From assembly GCA_965215975.1 (NCBI GenBank), contig OZ244136.1:3413281-3477280 (forward strand): DNA of 64,000 nucleotides, given 5' to 3'. Shown piece by piece: positions 45,966 to 55,323 of this stretch (position 1 is the first letter of the stretch; the number at the start of each line of letters is the position of its first letter). The position numbers and the translations under genes are program-made. Origin of the DNA: Dehalococcoidia bacterium. GTDB taxonomy: Bacteria; Chloroflexota; Dehalococcoidia; Lucifugimonadales; UBA3495. Below the pieces are notes generated by a model. The model searched no databases, was not told the DNA's origin, and saw only the letters and a program-made list of their open reading frames with translations.

Positions 45966-47298
45966 CTGACAGGGGTAGGTAACGGCCGAAATCGGGCGTA
46001 CGCTTAGCTTGGGAAGGCGCACCGGCATCCAGCATCTTGGTTGTGACACCACCAGATGCAGGAGACCCCCGATGCGCCTTCCCAGAGAATGCTATCAGGT
46101 GCAAAAAACGATTGAAACGCATTTACCTCACCTCTCCCAGGCACAAATGACCGGCCTGGCGCTGTGGGTCTGCGGGGCCATCCTCGCCGGCAGCGCCTGC
46201 CAGAACGCCGTGGCCTCGGCCCTCTCCCCTTGGCGCAAGTGGAACAACCTGCGCCAGTATCTCCGGGAGTGGCTCTACGACGGCAGCGACCGGACCAGTC
46301 CCTGCCAGACCCAACTGGACGTAACTCTCTGCTTCGCGCCCCTGCTCCGGTGGGTCCTGGCCTGGTGGTATTCCGAACGTCTCGCCCTGGCCATCGACCC
46401 CACGCTCAAGGGCGACCAGACCACCGCCATCGTCATCAGCGTGCTCTACCGCAGTTGCGCCATCCCCGTGGCCTGGCACATCCGGCACGCCGACCAGCCC
46501 GGCTCCTGGATGGACCCCACCGTGGAACTGCTGCAAGCCTTGGCCCCAGCGGTTCCCGAGAATATGACCGTCATCGTGCTCTGCGACCGGGGCATCGCCA
46601 GTCCCAAGCTGTGGCAGCAAATACGGGATCAAGGCTGGCACCCCGGTATGCGCTACCGGAAGAACATCACTTTCGGCGCTGACGGCGGCAAACGATTGCC
46701 CGCCCAGCGCTTCGTCTCCCGTCCCGATACGGCGTGGATTGGCCGCGGCACCGCCTTCAACACCCCCAAGGCCCAACGCCGCTGCACCCTGCTGGTGGTC
46801 TGGTACTCCGAACAGGAGGAGCCCTGGATCATCCTCACCGACCTTGCGCCCGACCAGGTGGGTCCCAGTTGGTACGCCCTGCGCTTCTGGATCGAGCTGG
46901 GCTTCAAGGCCATCAAGAGCCTGGGCTGGAAATGGGACAAGACCCGCCGCACCGACCCCACCCGCGTCTCCCGCCACTGGCTGGTGCTGTCGGTGGCCAC
47001 CCTGCTGGCCCTGGCCTACGGCACCAGGGTGGAAGACGCCCAGGAGCGGAGGATTGCTCCAGGGAACCTGCGGGCGCCGCCCAAAGCGCTGGCTCCCAAT
47101 CACCGTGACCCTTGGAGCCGTCCGGCGCGCACCGTGAGCGTAATCCGCCACGGAATCGACTGGCTCCGGCGGTTGCTGATCAAGGGCCGCCTCTGGAGCC
47201 GCGTCTGGCTGCTGCCCGAACCCTGGCCGGAACCCAAGCTTAACCTGGAGATTACTCGTCATGTCCCACCGTAAAAACCCCATACCTACCCCTGTCAG
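45966..47298 (+). mobile_element. IS4-family insertion sequence, 1333 bp, with 16-bp perfect terminal inverted repeats
   Basis: IRL CTGACAGGGGTAGGTA (45966-45981) is the exact reverse complement of IRR TACCTACCCCTGTCAG (47283-47298). The element is flanked on both sides by plus-strand G runs (11 G on the left, 7 G on the right). It is visibly more GC-rich than its flanks. Confidence 0.85.
46072..47274 (+). CDS. IS4-family DDE transposase
   Basis: DDE candidates LAIDPT, VLCDRG and WIELGFK, and the Y-x2-R-x3-E-x6-K signature (YALRFWIELGFKAIK). ATG 46072 is preceded by GGAGA. Confidence 0.8.
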   Translation: MRLPRECYQVQKTIETHLPHLSQAQMTGLALWVCGAILAGSACQNAVASALSPWRKWNNLRQYLREWLYDGSDRTSPCQTQLDVTLCFAPLLRWVLAWWYSERLALAIDPTLKGDQTTAIVISVLYRSCAIPVAWHIRHADQPGSWMDPTVELLQALAPAVPENMTVIVLCDRGIASPKLWQQIRDQGWHPGMRYRKNITFGADGGKRLPAQRFVSRPDTAWIGRGTAFNTPKAQRRCTLLVVWYSEQEEPWIILTDLAPDQVGPSWYALRFWIELGFKAIKSLGWKWDKTRRTDPTRVSRHWLVLSVATLLALAYGTRVEDAQERRIAPGNLRAPPKALAPNHRDPWSRPARTVSVIRHGIDWLRRLLIKGRLWSRVWLLPEPWPEPKLNLEITRHVPP

Positions 47299-47423
47299 GG
47301 GGGGGCACCAGGCTCCTACGCAGCCAGTCATCGCACTCCTTCAAATCAGCGGCGGCATACTCCTGTGGTGGCTTGTTGGTTATCCAGTGCCATCTAGCTC
47401 AAATCAACTCCTTCCCAGCACAA

Positions 47424-47452
47424 TTGACACCTTGAAAATGTATTCCTAGACT
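47424..47452 (+). promoter_or_regulatory. sigma70-type promoter TTGACA-N17-TAGACT
   Basis: Consensus -35 with a 17-nt spacer, about 50 nt upstream of the ATG at 47503. Confidence 0.45.
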
Positions 47453-47502
47453 GGGGCTGGTCGCGGAAAAATACTGTATGCCACACCGATTGGGAGAGAC
47501 TT

Positions 47503-48297
47503 ATGGCTTCACTTCAAGAACGATATCTTTCCTGCTACCCGATTCTTGCCAAGCTTGGTCGGGTTGATCCAGAAGGAGTTCCTGTCCCCCACGAAATGCT
47601 CAGCAACAATGCACCCGACTTGTGGCGCATGATCGGTGAAGCCTGCTTTGGAGTGATATGGAACCGGCCCGGGCTGAGTATCGAGCATCGCAGTATGGCC
47701 ACTATTTCAGTCATTGCGGCTCTCCGCCGCGATGACAACCTTAAGGGTCACATCGAAAGCGGCCTGGATGTAGGGTTTTCGCCCACTGAAATAGTGGAAA
47801 TGATTATTCAAACCTTCTTCTACGTGGGAGCCCCCATCGGTACCACGGCACTGGCTATCGCGTGCGAGGTCTTTGAGGAAAGAGGCCTGTCCGTTGACCC
47901 GGTAAGAGCCTTTGATCCCTCTGAGAACCCTGAGTCAATGCTCGAGCGAGGTTTAGCGAAGAGACGGGAAGTTCTCGGTGACGTGAGCCCCACCAGTGGA
48001 GAGGCCGTGGACGAGGATTGGGACAGATATCTCTTGGAATACCTGTGGGGATCAGTCTGGACCAGGCCCGGGCTGGACACGGTGAGCCGAATGGTCTGCA
48101 CCCTGGCGGTGTTGCCACTGGTTGCCACCAATCGGAACATGAGAGACCACATCCGCGGCGCGATACGGATAGGCATGACCAAGGAGCAGATAAACGAGTT
48201 GTTCTTCCATTTGACCTTTTACACCGGCGAGTCAATAGCCCGCCATGCCAGAGTAATAGCCAGGGAGGTGTTCTCCAGGGAACGCCCCCAATCCTGA
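47503..48297 (+). CDS. carboxymuconolactone decarboxylase (AhpD-like) family protein, two CMD domains
   Basis: Duplicated W-x-RPGL motif (IWNRPGLSIEHRSM, VWTRPGLDTVSRMV). Confidence 0.7.
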   Translation: MASLQERYLSCYPILAKLGRVDPEGVPVPHEMLSNNAPDLWRMIGEACFGVIWNRPGLSIEHRSMATISVIAALRRDDNLKGHIESGLDVGFSPTEIVEMIIQTFFYVGAPIGTTALAIACEVFEERGLSVDPVRAFDPSENPESMLERGLAKRREVLGDVSPTSGEAVDEDWDRYLLEYLWGSVWTRPGLDTVSRMVCTLAVLPLVATNRNMRDHIRGAIRIGMTKEQINELFFHLTFYTGESIARHARVIAREVFSRERPQS

Positions 48298-48324
48298 AGA
48301 ATCAATCGCAATCACGGAGGAAGC

Positions 48325-48714
48325 ATGCCAAGAGAGTACTTCAAGGGAACCGCCGAGGAAGACCGTGCCTACTCACCGGCAATTAAAATTAGCGGCGGGA
48401 CGACGGTTTACCTGGCCGGGGTGGGGGCAACTACCGACGCCAACGGAAAATCCCTGGGCGGTGACTTCGAAGGTCAGGTCAGAGCCACGTTCGAGCGGAT
48501 AAGGGCCAACCTGGCAAGGGCTGGCGGGGCTTTAGAAGACATCGTAACGATGACCGTCTTCATCAAGGACATGCAGTACGGGACTCATTTCACCCAGTTG
48601 CGGAAGGAATATTTTACCGAGGGTTATCCCTGCAGCGCGCTCATAGGGATAGATTCCCTGGCGAGGGCCGAAATGATGGTGGAGATACAGGCAATAGCGG
48701 TAATCGGAGACTAA
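48325..48714 (+). CDS. RidA/YjgF family protein
   Basis: 129 aa. YSPAIKISGGTTVYLAGV and the C-terminal MVEIQAIAV pattern. Confidence 0.8.
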   Translation: MPREYFKGTAEEDRAYSPAIKISGGTTVYLAGVGATTDANGKSLGGDFEGQVRATFERIRANLARAGGALEDIVTMTVFIKDMQYGTHFTQLRKEYFTEGYPCSALIGIDSLARAEMMVEIQAIAVIGD

Positions 48715-48720
48715 GGAAAA

Positions 48721-48748
48721 GGGCGGGTTCGTTCCCGCCCGATTTATT
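48721..48748. terminator. bidirectional terminator between convergent genes
   Basis: GGGCGGG-ttcgtt-CCCGCCC. It is followed by GATTTATT on the plus strand and by TTTTCCTT on the minus strand. Confidence 0.6.
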
Positions 48749-48792
48749 CCTTCATGAGTCTGAAGTTGTCCCCAAACGACACCAAAAGGCGC

Positions 48793-49836
48793 CTACGCCA
48801 GTTGGGGCAAGACTTCCTCATTGAACAACCTTAACGAGTTAAGCTGCAATTCATGGGGCAGCCGGTTACCCAGGTCTATCTCGTAGATAAACTGGGTTAA
48901 CCCCAGATCTTTTTGCAATTTGCGGATACGCTCGGCCACCGCGTCGGGCGTACCGTAGGCCACCTTGTCCCGAAGCCAGTCGTCGTACTCCATGCCAAGA
49001 ATCCGATCACCTTCGGACTGCCAGTCCCCGGTGGTGGCGCCGTACTCCGCGTAGCTGAGCACCCGGTTGCCCAAACGCTCGTACATGAATATGGCACCCT
49101 CACGGGGGTCGGAGTAGGCCTTCTCTTCAGTCTCTGCCACGTATATCGGTACGCGCAGACCAACCTCAGGTTCCCCTTCATGGCCCGCCTCGTCCCATGC
49201 ACGACGGTAAGCGTCTATATGCTGGGCAAGCTCGTCAAGATTGAAAACTCGGGAAGGATTTATAAGGATTGGGTAGCCCATTCTTCCGGCGATCGGGAAT
49301 GACTCTGCCGAGGTTATGCCAACCCGAATGGGAGGATGGGGGTCCTGACAGGGTTTGGGTTCAACGCATAGGTCATTGAACTGGTAGAACTCTCCTTCAA
49401 ATGTGAAGGAGTCCTCAGTCCAGGCCTTCTTGATGATTTCCAGGCTCTCCTCAAAACGCCCCCTGCTTTCGGCAAAGGGGGTATTAAAGCCTTCGTGTAC
49501 GTTGGGGAACGTCCCTCTTCCCACACCATACTCCAACCTGCCATTGCTCAGTTGATCCAGAGTCGCCGCCTCTTCGGCCAGTCGAACCGGGTGGGCCAAG
49601 GGAAGGCACTGCACCGCCAGTCCCACACGAATATGTTCCGTTCGGGAAGCTATGGCGGTAGCGATCAAAATAGGGGAAGAAAGCACCCTTCCCGGGTTGA
49701 AATGGTATTCAGCTAACCAGACTGATTGGACTCCCAACCGTTCCGCTTCGTCCACCAAGGCAAAAGAGGTGTCGAAAGCTTCCCTGTAGCTACTACCGGC
49801 TGGCCTGGGGAACTCCATGAACATTCCAAACTGCAT
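48793..49836 (-). CDS. LLM-class (luciferase-like) flavin/F420-dependent oxidoreductase
   Basis: MQFGMFMEFP...SVWLAEYHF N-terminus and overall TIM-barrel LLM pattern. 347 aa. Confidence 0.8.
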   Translation of the reverse strand: MQFGMFMEFPRPAGSSYREAFDTSFALVDEAERLGVQSVWLAEYHFNPGRVLSSPILIATAIASRTEHIRVGLAVQCLPLAHPVRLAEEAATLDQLSNGRLEYGVGRGTFPNVHEGFNTPFAESRGRFEESLEIIKKAWTEDSFTFEGEFYQFNDLCVEPKPCQDPHPPIRVGITSAESFPIAGRMGYPILINPSRVFNLDELAQHIDAYRRAWDEAGHEGEPEVGLRVPIYVAETEEKAYSDPREGAIFMYERLGNRVLSYAEYGATTGDWQSEGDRILGMEYDDWLRDKVAYGTPDAVAERIRKLQKDLGLTQFIYEIDLGNRLPHELQLNSLRLFNEEVLPQLA

Positions 49837-49917
49837 TGAATATCACCCGCAAAGCAAGAATAGAAAGCGGGCCTTCCCGAACTGAGGGAGAAGGCCCGCC
49901 TATAATCTGATTTTGCC

Positions 49918-50601
49918 CTAAGCCCTTTGGTTTCCGGCCTGTTCAAACATGTCACGGCGCTCAACTGTGGCAGTCAGCATTTCGCGTGGAATAGGCTTGG
50001 CGCCGCCAATAGTGGATGCCTGGGCCGCCAGTTGGGCAGCAGCTTCTACTAGAGCCACCGACCGGGCCGCCTCAGCAGGCGTGGACCCGAAGGCCAGAAT
50101 TCCGTGGTGTTCCATCAAAACGGCGCGAATGTCCGAGGCGCTGTTCAAAGCATCGGCAATGTATTCAATGGACAGGTCGGATCCTCGGGGACCGTACTTC
50201 GCAAGCGGGATCCCGTCGGTCATGTTGAACCTGGCCATAGCTTCGTAGCTGCACTCAATGGGCTGGCTTGCCACGGCAAACGTAGTGCCCCAAGTTGAGT
50301 GGACATGCACCGCCGCGCCTGCTTCCGGGCGATTCTGGTAAATGACGGTGTGCAAGTGGACAATCTCAGCTTCCCGGGCAGTCATGTTTCCCTCTATAAG
50401 GTTGCCCTCTAAGTCCACTAGAACAAAATCATCCTTTCGGACGCTGTCCATATCGCCACCAATCAAAAGGAACGCCCCGCCGCCGGGAATCAGGGCGCTG
50501 AAATTCCCATGTTGCCCAATACCCATAACGCCCGCTTTTTCGATGGCGTCGATGGCCTTGAGCACCGCTTCTTTTTCAACATCCAGGTCCCTGAGAGCCA
50601 T
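49918..50601 (-). CDS. class II aldolase/adducin family protein
   Basis: GNFSALIPGG and HLHTVIYQNRPEAGAAVHVHS (metal-binding His cluster). ATG 50601 is preceded by GGAGGAA. The track start at 50670 would overlap the upstream gene. Confidence 0.8.
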   Translation of the reverse strand: MALRDLDVEKEAVLKAIDAIEKAGVMGIGQHGNFSALIPGGGAFLLIGGDMDSVRKDDFVLVDLEGNLIEGNMTAREAEIVHLHTVIYQNRPEAGAAVHVHSTWGTTFAVASQPIECSYEAMARFNMTDGIPLAKYGPRGSDLSIEYIADALNSASDIRAVLMEHHGILAFGSTPAEAARSVALVEAAAQLAAQASTIGGAKPIPREMLTATVERRDMFEQAGNQRA

Positions 50602-50635
50602 AGCTCGTTCCTCCATTACAATAGGCAAGCAGTAG

Positions 50636-51046
50636 TCAGGAGGTCGCCCAACCCGACTTTGAAACGTCAATAACTACGCCGTCAGGGCCAGCCCATTTCA
50701 CTTCAAAGTTTCTGGGGGCGGCGGCGGTCTGAGCCAAGGTGGCATCGTCATGTCGCTGGTTCAGGCGTTGTCCATCGACCTGTTCCAGCTTCTCAGAGGC
50801 ATTATCCAAGTCTTCAACCTGGAATCCAATATGGTGGATTCCATTGTAATTGGGGCCGTTGGGGCCCACATCTGCGTCCTTTTCGGTTTTCCAGTTCAAG
50901 ATTGCCAGGTTAATGTAGCCGTCCGTCAGGAAAACCGCACCTGCCTCGCTGCGGCGGATTTCCTGCATGTCAAAGGCTTCCTTGTAGAACTCCGCCACTG
51001 CCGCTGGATTCTCGGTGGTAAGACCTATGTGACGTATCTTTGCCAT
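50636..51046 (-). CDS. VOC (glyoxalase/bleomycin resistance/dioxygenase) family protein
   Basis: IRHIGLTTENPAAVAEFYKEAFDM and GIHHIGFQVEDLD motifs. Confidence 0.8.
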   Translation of the reverse strand: MAKIRHIGLTTENPAAVAEFYKEAFDMQEIRRSEAGAVFLTDGYINLAILNWKTEKDADVGPNGPNYNGIHHIGFQVEDLDNASEKLEQVDGQRLNQRHDDATLAQTAAAPRNFEVKWAGPDGVVIDVSKSGWATS

Positions 51047-51096
51047 CTCTTGCTCCTCTTCAGGCAGACTTGTTGACCCTGGGCAAATGTTCGGCC

Positions 51097-52035
51097 CTAT
51101 CTGCTGCGCAGTTTCGGGTCCAGCTTGTCCCGCAACCAGTCACCGGACAGGTTCATTGAAAGCACAACAAGCAGGATTGCCAGTCCGGGGAACAGGGAAA
51201 CCCACCAGCCGTTGCCGCCCACAATCAGGTCGCGGCCATCGGACACCATCAAACCCCAGGCAGGAATGGGGCGCGGGATACCGGCGCCGAGGAAGCTCAG
51301 CGTAGCCTCCAGCAAAATAACGTGCCCCACCTCCAGGGTGACCAACACCACCAGGGGATTGACCACGTTGGGAAAGATGTGCCTCAGCATTACCCGACTG
51401 TTTGAACATCCGGCAACCTTGGCTCGACTTACAAAGTCCCTGCTGCGCATACTAAGCGTTTCGGCCCGCGACATACGGGCGAACCTAGGCCATAATATCA
51501 CCGCCACCACTAACACTATGGTGCCAAAACTTGGCCCCAGAACTATTGCCAGCACCAGAGCAAACAGCAGTCCGGGAATAGTAATGAAGATATCCACCAG
51601 GCGCATAACTACGTGGTCCAATAGCCCGCCAAAGTAACCGGCCAGCACTCCCAGACCGCTGCCCACCACTCCACCCGCCAGAATAGCCAGCAGCGAAATG
51701 CTCAATGAGTAACGGGCACCGTGCATAATCCGGCTCAGCACATCCCGGCCCAGCTTGTCGGTACCGAGGATGTTTTTCCAAGAACCTTCGGGGCGCACTT
51801 CAACACCATTAAAGTACTGGGCACCCGACCATGCTGGTGGGGTTAGCCGCTCGCGGGGGCTTATATCGTAGGGGTCATGGGGGGCGATCAAGTCGGCGAA
51901 TATCGCGGGAATGATCAACAGCACAACCAGGATAAAACCGGGAATCAAGGGATATCGCCGTGCATCAGCGATGACTTTTCCTACTCCGACCGGCGCAACC
52001 CTCGGGGCCGATTCACTAACTCTGCTTATGTCCAT
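51097..52035 (-). CDS. ABC transporter permease (DppC/OppC type)
   Basis: Six TM helices and an EAA-like loop ([21 protein letters not shown]). Confidence 0.85.
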   Translation of the reverse strand: MDISRVSESAPRVAPVGVGKVIADARRYPLIPGFILVVLLIIPAIFADLIAPHDPYDISPRERLTPPAWSGAQYFNGVEVRPEGSWKNILGTDKLGRDVLSRIMHGARYSLSISLLAILAGGVVGSGLGVLAGYFGGLLDHVVMRLVDIFITIPGLLFALVLAIVLGPSFGTIVLVVAVILWPRFARMSRAETLSMRSRDFVSRAKVAGCSNSRVMLRHIFPNVVNPLVVLVTLEVGHVILLEATLSFLGAGIPRPIPAWGLMVSDGRDLIVGGNGWWVSLFPGLAILLVVLSMNLSGDWLRDKLDPKLRSR

Positions 52036-52061
52036 AAGACGCCTCTAAGGATCTTTACTAG

Positions 52062-52997
52062 TTAAGCGTAACGAATGCGCGGATCGATGTAGGCGTAAAC
52101 AACATCCACCAACAAATTTATGCCAACAAAAATCAACGCGAAGACCATAACAATAGTCTGCATAACCTGGAAATCCCGGTTACGGATAGCATCCACAGCC
52201 AGAAGACCAACGCCGGGATAAGAAAATACGGTCTCGGTAACCACGGTGCCGGTAACCAACTGCGCCACCAGCAAGCCCAGCAACGTGATGGGAGCGATTG
52301 AAGCGTTGCGGAGAGCGTGCTTCCAGACAACTCTGGACTCCGAAACGCCCTTTAAACGTGCCAACTTGATATATTCGCTGTCCAGCACCTCAAGCATAGA
52401 TGAGCGTACCAGCCGCATAAGGGCAGCTACCTGGTACCAACCTATTGCAAATGCCGGAAGAATCAAATGGACAAGTCGGTCCAAACCGGGGTCTCCCCGC
52501 CCAGAAGTGGGCAGCCAGTTAAGCTGAACGGCGAATATCCACATAAGCATAATTGCCAACCAAAAAGAAGGAGCCGATTGACCTAACAGGGCAAAGGTTT
52601 TCGCCGCGTAGTCTGGCATGCTGTCCTTCTTAACCGCCGACAACACGCCAACCGGGAAAGCGATGACGATAGATATCACCAGTGCCAAACCGGCCAACAC
52701 CAGGGTGGCAGGGAATCGCTTGATAACCAAATCCAGTGCTTCCCTGGTAGGATGCTGCACCGACCGACCGAAGTCGCCAGTTAAAGCGTTGCCCAAGAAA
52801 GCAAAATACTGGACATGCAAGGGCTTATCCAAGCCCCACTTTTTCTCCATCAGCTCAAATTCTTCAGGGCCGGCATCATCCGGGAGAAGGACATCCATGG
52901 GATCCCCGGAAATGCGAGCCAATCCAAAAATGATAATACTAACTGCAAACAGAACGATAATGCTCTGAAACAATCGAACTATAATGTATCGCTGCAT
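52062..52997 (-). CDS. ABC transporter permease (DppB/OppB type)
   Basis: MQRYIIVRLFQSIIVLF N-terminus and EAA loop YIKLARLKGVSESRVVWKHALRN. Confidence 0.85.
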   Translation of the reverse strand: MQRYIIVRLFQSIIVLFAVSIIIFGLARISGDPMDVLLPDDAGPEEFELMEKKWGLDKPLHVQYFAFLGNALTGDFGRSVQHPTREALDLVIKRFPATLVLAGLALVISIVIAFPVGVLSAVKKDSMPDYAAKTFALLGQSAPSFWLAIMLMWIFAVQLNWLPTSGRGDPGLDRLVHLILPAFAIGWYQVAALMRLVRSSMLEVLDSEYIKLARLKGVSESRVVWKHALRNASIAPITLLGLLVAQLVTGTVVTETVFSYPGVGLLAVDAIRNRDFQVMQTIVMVFALIFVGINLLVDVVYAYIDPRIRYA

Positions 52998-53151
52998 GGC
53001 TAACCTATAGATTGCCAGTTGCGTTGCTTAGAATATTAAACTTCCTAATAAACTATCCAATCAGAACTCCCCAATTGCGGAGCGTCCCGATTGGATAGAC
53101 AGGACTACGATGATACCAGGGCAGTACCCAAGTACGTCAATTCCGGTCTGC

Positions 53152-55050
53152 TTACTTGACGGCCTTAACGTACTCGAAGTCCCGGACACCGAACACACCG
53201 GGGGTAAGCCACTCCTCGATGATCTCCGGGTTAATCATGAACTCGAAGGGCACCCAGTACAACGGAATGGAGCAGTAAATCTCATAACAGTTCTCGCCCA
53301 TCTCCCGAATGAGGTTGTCCCGTTCTTCTAAAGTCGATGCAACTTCCAAGGCCTCATATTTCTCGGTAAAGAAGGGAGATTCATAGCGGGGGCTCACGGC
53401 GCCGCTGTAATGGTAAACAAAGATGGCCCGGGTTGGCTCGGTAAAGCTGCCGGTATGTAGCCAGGCTGTGTTGTTAATTTCCTTGGCCCTCAGCTGAGAG
53501 CTATAAACCGCAGTCTCTACGGGCTGGAACTCCACATCGATGCCGATGTTACGCCAGTAGTCTGCTACTAGCTCACCTATATCGAGCATTTCGGGAAGTC
53601 CAGGCCTGGGATAGGAAAGCTGGCCAATCTCGAATCCGTCGGGAAACCCGGCCTCGGCCAGCAAGGCTTTGGCCTTTTCCGGATCATAGCCGTAGTCAGT
53701 TTCAAAACTATCCAGCCAGGAGGGCTGCCAGCCGGGGAACTTCTCATGGGAATGGGTCTGCATCATCAGTTCACCATTGCCATTGAAGAAAACATCGTTA
53801 ATTTCTTCCCGGTCGATGGCCCGGTTCATAGCTTCGCGAACCAAGGGCATAGTCATAGGCTCGGTGGCATCAAAATTGGGGTGATCAGGCAGGTAGTTGC
53901 CGCCGAAGAATCCAACTAGGCGAATAGCCGGAGTAGTACCAAGCACGATTTCCATGCCACGCGACAAAGCTCCCACCTGCAGGTCACGAGGAATCTCAGC
54001 AGCGTGAACTTCGCCGGTCACCAACTGGGCCAACTGGGTGGAAGGCTCGGAGACGAAGTAAATCTGAAGCTCGGGGAAGTCCGGCGTCTTGCGCCAGTGG
54101 GTCGCCGCGGGAGCATCGTACCTGAGGTATTGGGCTTCTGCATGTTCCGCAAACTGGTACGGGCCGGTCCCAATGGGATCGTTGGCCATGAGCTGGATGC
54201 CGGCGTCATTGGCGTCAAAGCCGGTCATCACACCACCGTTCTCATCCCAGTGGTTCTTGCTGCGGATCACCGTGGTGTAGTTGGTGCTCATGTAGGTGGT
54301 CATGATCGGTTCTGGCTTGTTCAGGTGAAGCTCAACTACGAGACCATCCGGCCCGTCGGGCATCACTACCTCTTTAAGGAGATCGCGCCACGTCGAAGCC
54401 CGACCGTCAAAGTGGTCGTTGCGCCTTTCCTGCAACATGGTATGGCCGATGTCCTTGGCTGTCATCGGTCCCCAGCCCTTGTGGAACTCTACGCCTTCCT
54501 TGAGGTTGAAGGTCCACACGGTGAAGTCGTCATTGGCAGACCAGTCGGGAGCAAGCATAGGCACAGAATCGGTGTACTGGTCAAATTGAACGAGGCCCTC
54601 AAACATGGGCAGAATCACTGGCAAGTCACCCCTGCCCGCAACGGGGTCAGCCAGATCTCTCGTGGTTGGCCCACGAGAAACTTGTAACTCCGTTACTGCC
54701 GGCTCCGCCTCCATCATTACTTCAACAGGCGCAGAGGTGGGTCCAGGCGTCGCCGTAGGGGCTTTGGCTCCAACTCCAATCGCTCCCTGTCCGACTACGG
54801 CGCTGACCGTGGCCTGAGGTTCAGGCTCGGCCGGCTGCGCGGGGGCTACCGGATCGGCAGCAGCGGCCGGAGCGGAAGGTTGGGAAGGAGCTGCCGGTTG
54901 GGCAGCGGGCGCAGCGCTACTTGACGGCTGGGAAGGCGCCTGTTCCGGCGCCGACGCGCCACAAGCAACCAAGGCCAATAAACCGATAGAAATAACACTG
55001 TAGATCAACCAACGAGGCGCATAGATTCCGGACAAGGTCATCGTTCTCAC
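53152..55050 (-). CDS. ABC transporter substrate-binding lipoprotein (family 5, peptide/nickel type) with long Pro/Ala-rich tether
   Basis: Lipobox LLALVAC-G, an Ala/Pro/Gln low-complexity linker of about 100 aa, then an SBP_bac_5-like core (GTGPYQFAEH...). Confidence 0.8.
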   Translation of the reverse strand: MRTMTLSGIYAPRWLIYSVISIGLLALVACGASAPEQAPSQPSSSAAPAAQPAAPSQPSAPAAAADPVAPAQPAEPEPQATVSAVVGQGAIGVGAKAPTATPGPTSAPVEVMMEAEPAVTELQVSRGPTTRDLADPVAGRGDLPVILPMFEGLVQFDQYTDSVPMLAPDWSANDDFTVWTFNLKEGVEFHKGWGPMTAKDIGHTMLQERRNDHFDGRASTWRDLLKEVVMPDGPDGLVVELHLNKPEPIMTTYMSTNYTTVIRSKNHWDENGGVMTGFDANDAGIQLMANDPIGTGPYQFAEHAEAQYLRYDAPAATHWRKTPDFPELQIYFVSEPSTQLAQLVTGEVHAAEIPRDLQVGALSRGMEIVLGTTPAIRLVGFFGGNYLPDHPNFDATEPMTMPLVREAMNRAIDREEINDVFFNGNGELMMQTHSHEKFPGWQPSWLDSFETDYGYDPEKAKALLAEAGFPDGFEIGQLSYPRPGLPEMLDIGELVADYWRNIGIDVEFQPVETAVYSSQLRAKEINNTAWLHTGSFTEPTRAIFVYHYSGAVSPRYESPFFTEKYEALEVASTLEERDNLIREMGENCYEIYCSIPLYWVPFEFMINPEIIEEWLTPGVFGVRDFEYVKAVK

Positions 55051-55130
55051 TCCTTGGCTTTAATCGCCCTAATCCCCAAATGAAGTTACTGTCGAATATA
55101 CTATCTTTACGTACGAATTCCGCCGAATAT

Positions 55131-55145
55131 TAGCAATAATTGCTA
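55131..55145. promoter_or_regulatory. perfect palindrome TAGCAAT-A-ATTGCTA in the divergent promoter region
   Basis: 7-bp arms with a 1-bp centre, located between the binding-protein gene (minus strand) and the CocE/NonD gene (plus strand). Confidence 0.35.
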
Positions 55146-55323
55146 TGGCATGCACACTATGTTTCTAGGCTATCTGGGGAGTCAGGCCAGTTCAGGGAAG
55201 TCTAGTATCGGGTTTGCCAATTGTCAAGAAAATCCGTATTTGTTTATAGCTGAGGCGCCCTGCCTCGCAGTGCTACACTCCCGTTGTATTTTTATTTTTC
55301 CGTAATCTCAATAAGGAGGAGAG

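Noticed and set aside
46123-47331. A 402-codon minus-strand ORF, one of the longest in the region.
   Set aside because: It lies antisense to the IS4 transposase inside the very GC-rich element. Its translation is Gly/Ala/Pro/Val low-complexity with no motif, which is typical of a GC-driven shadow ORF.
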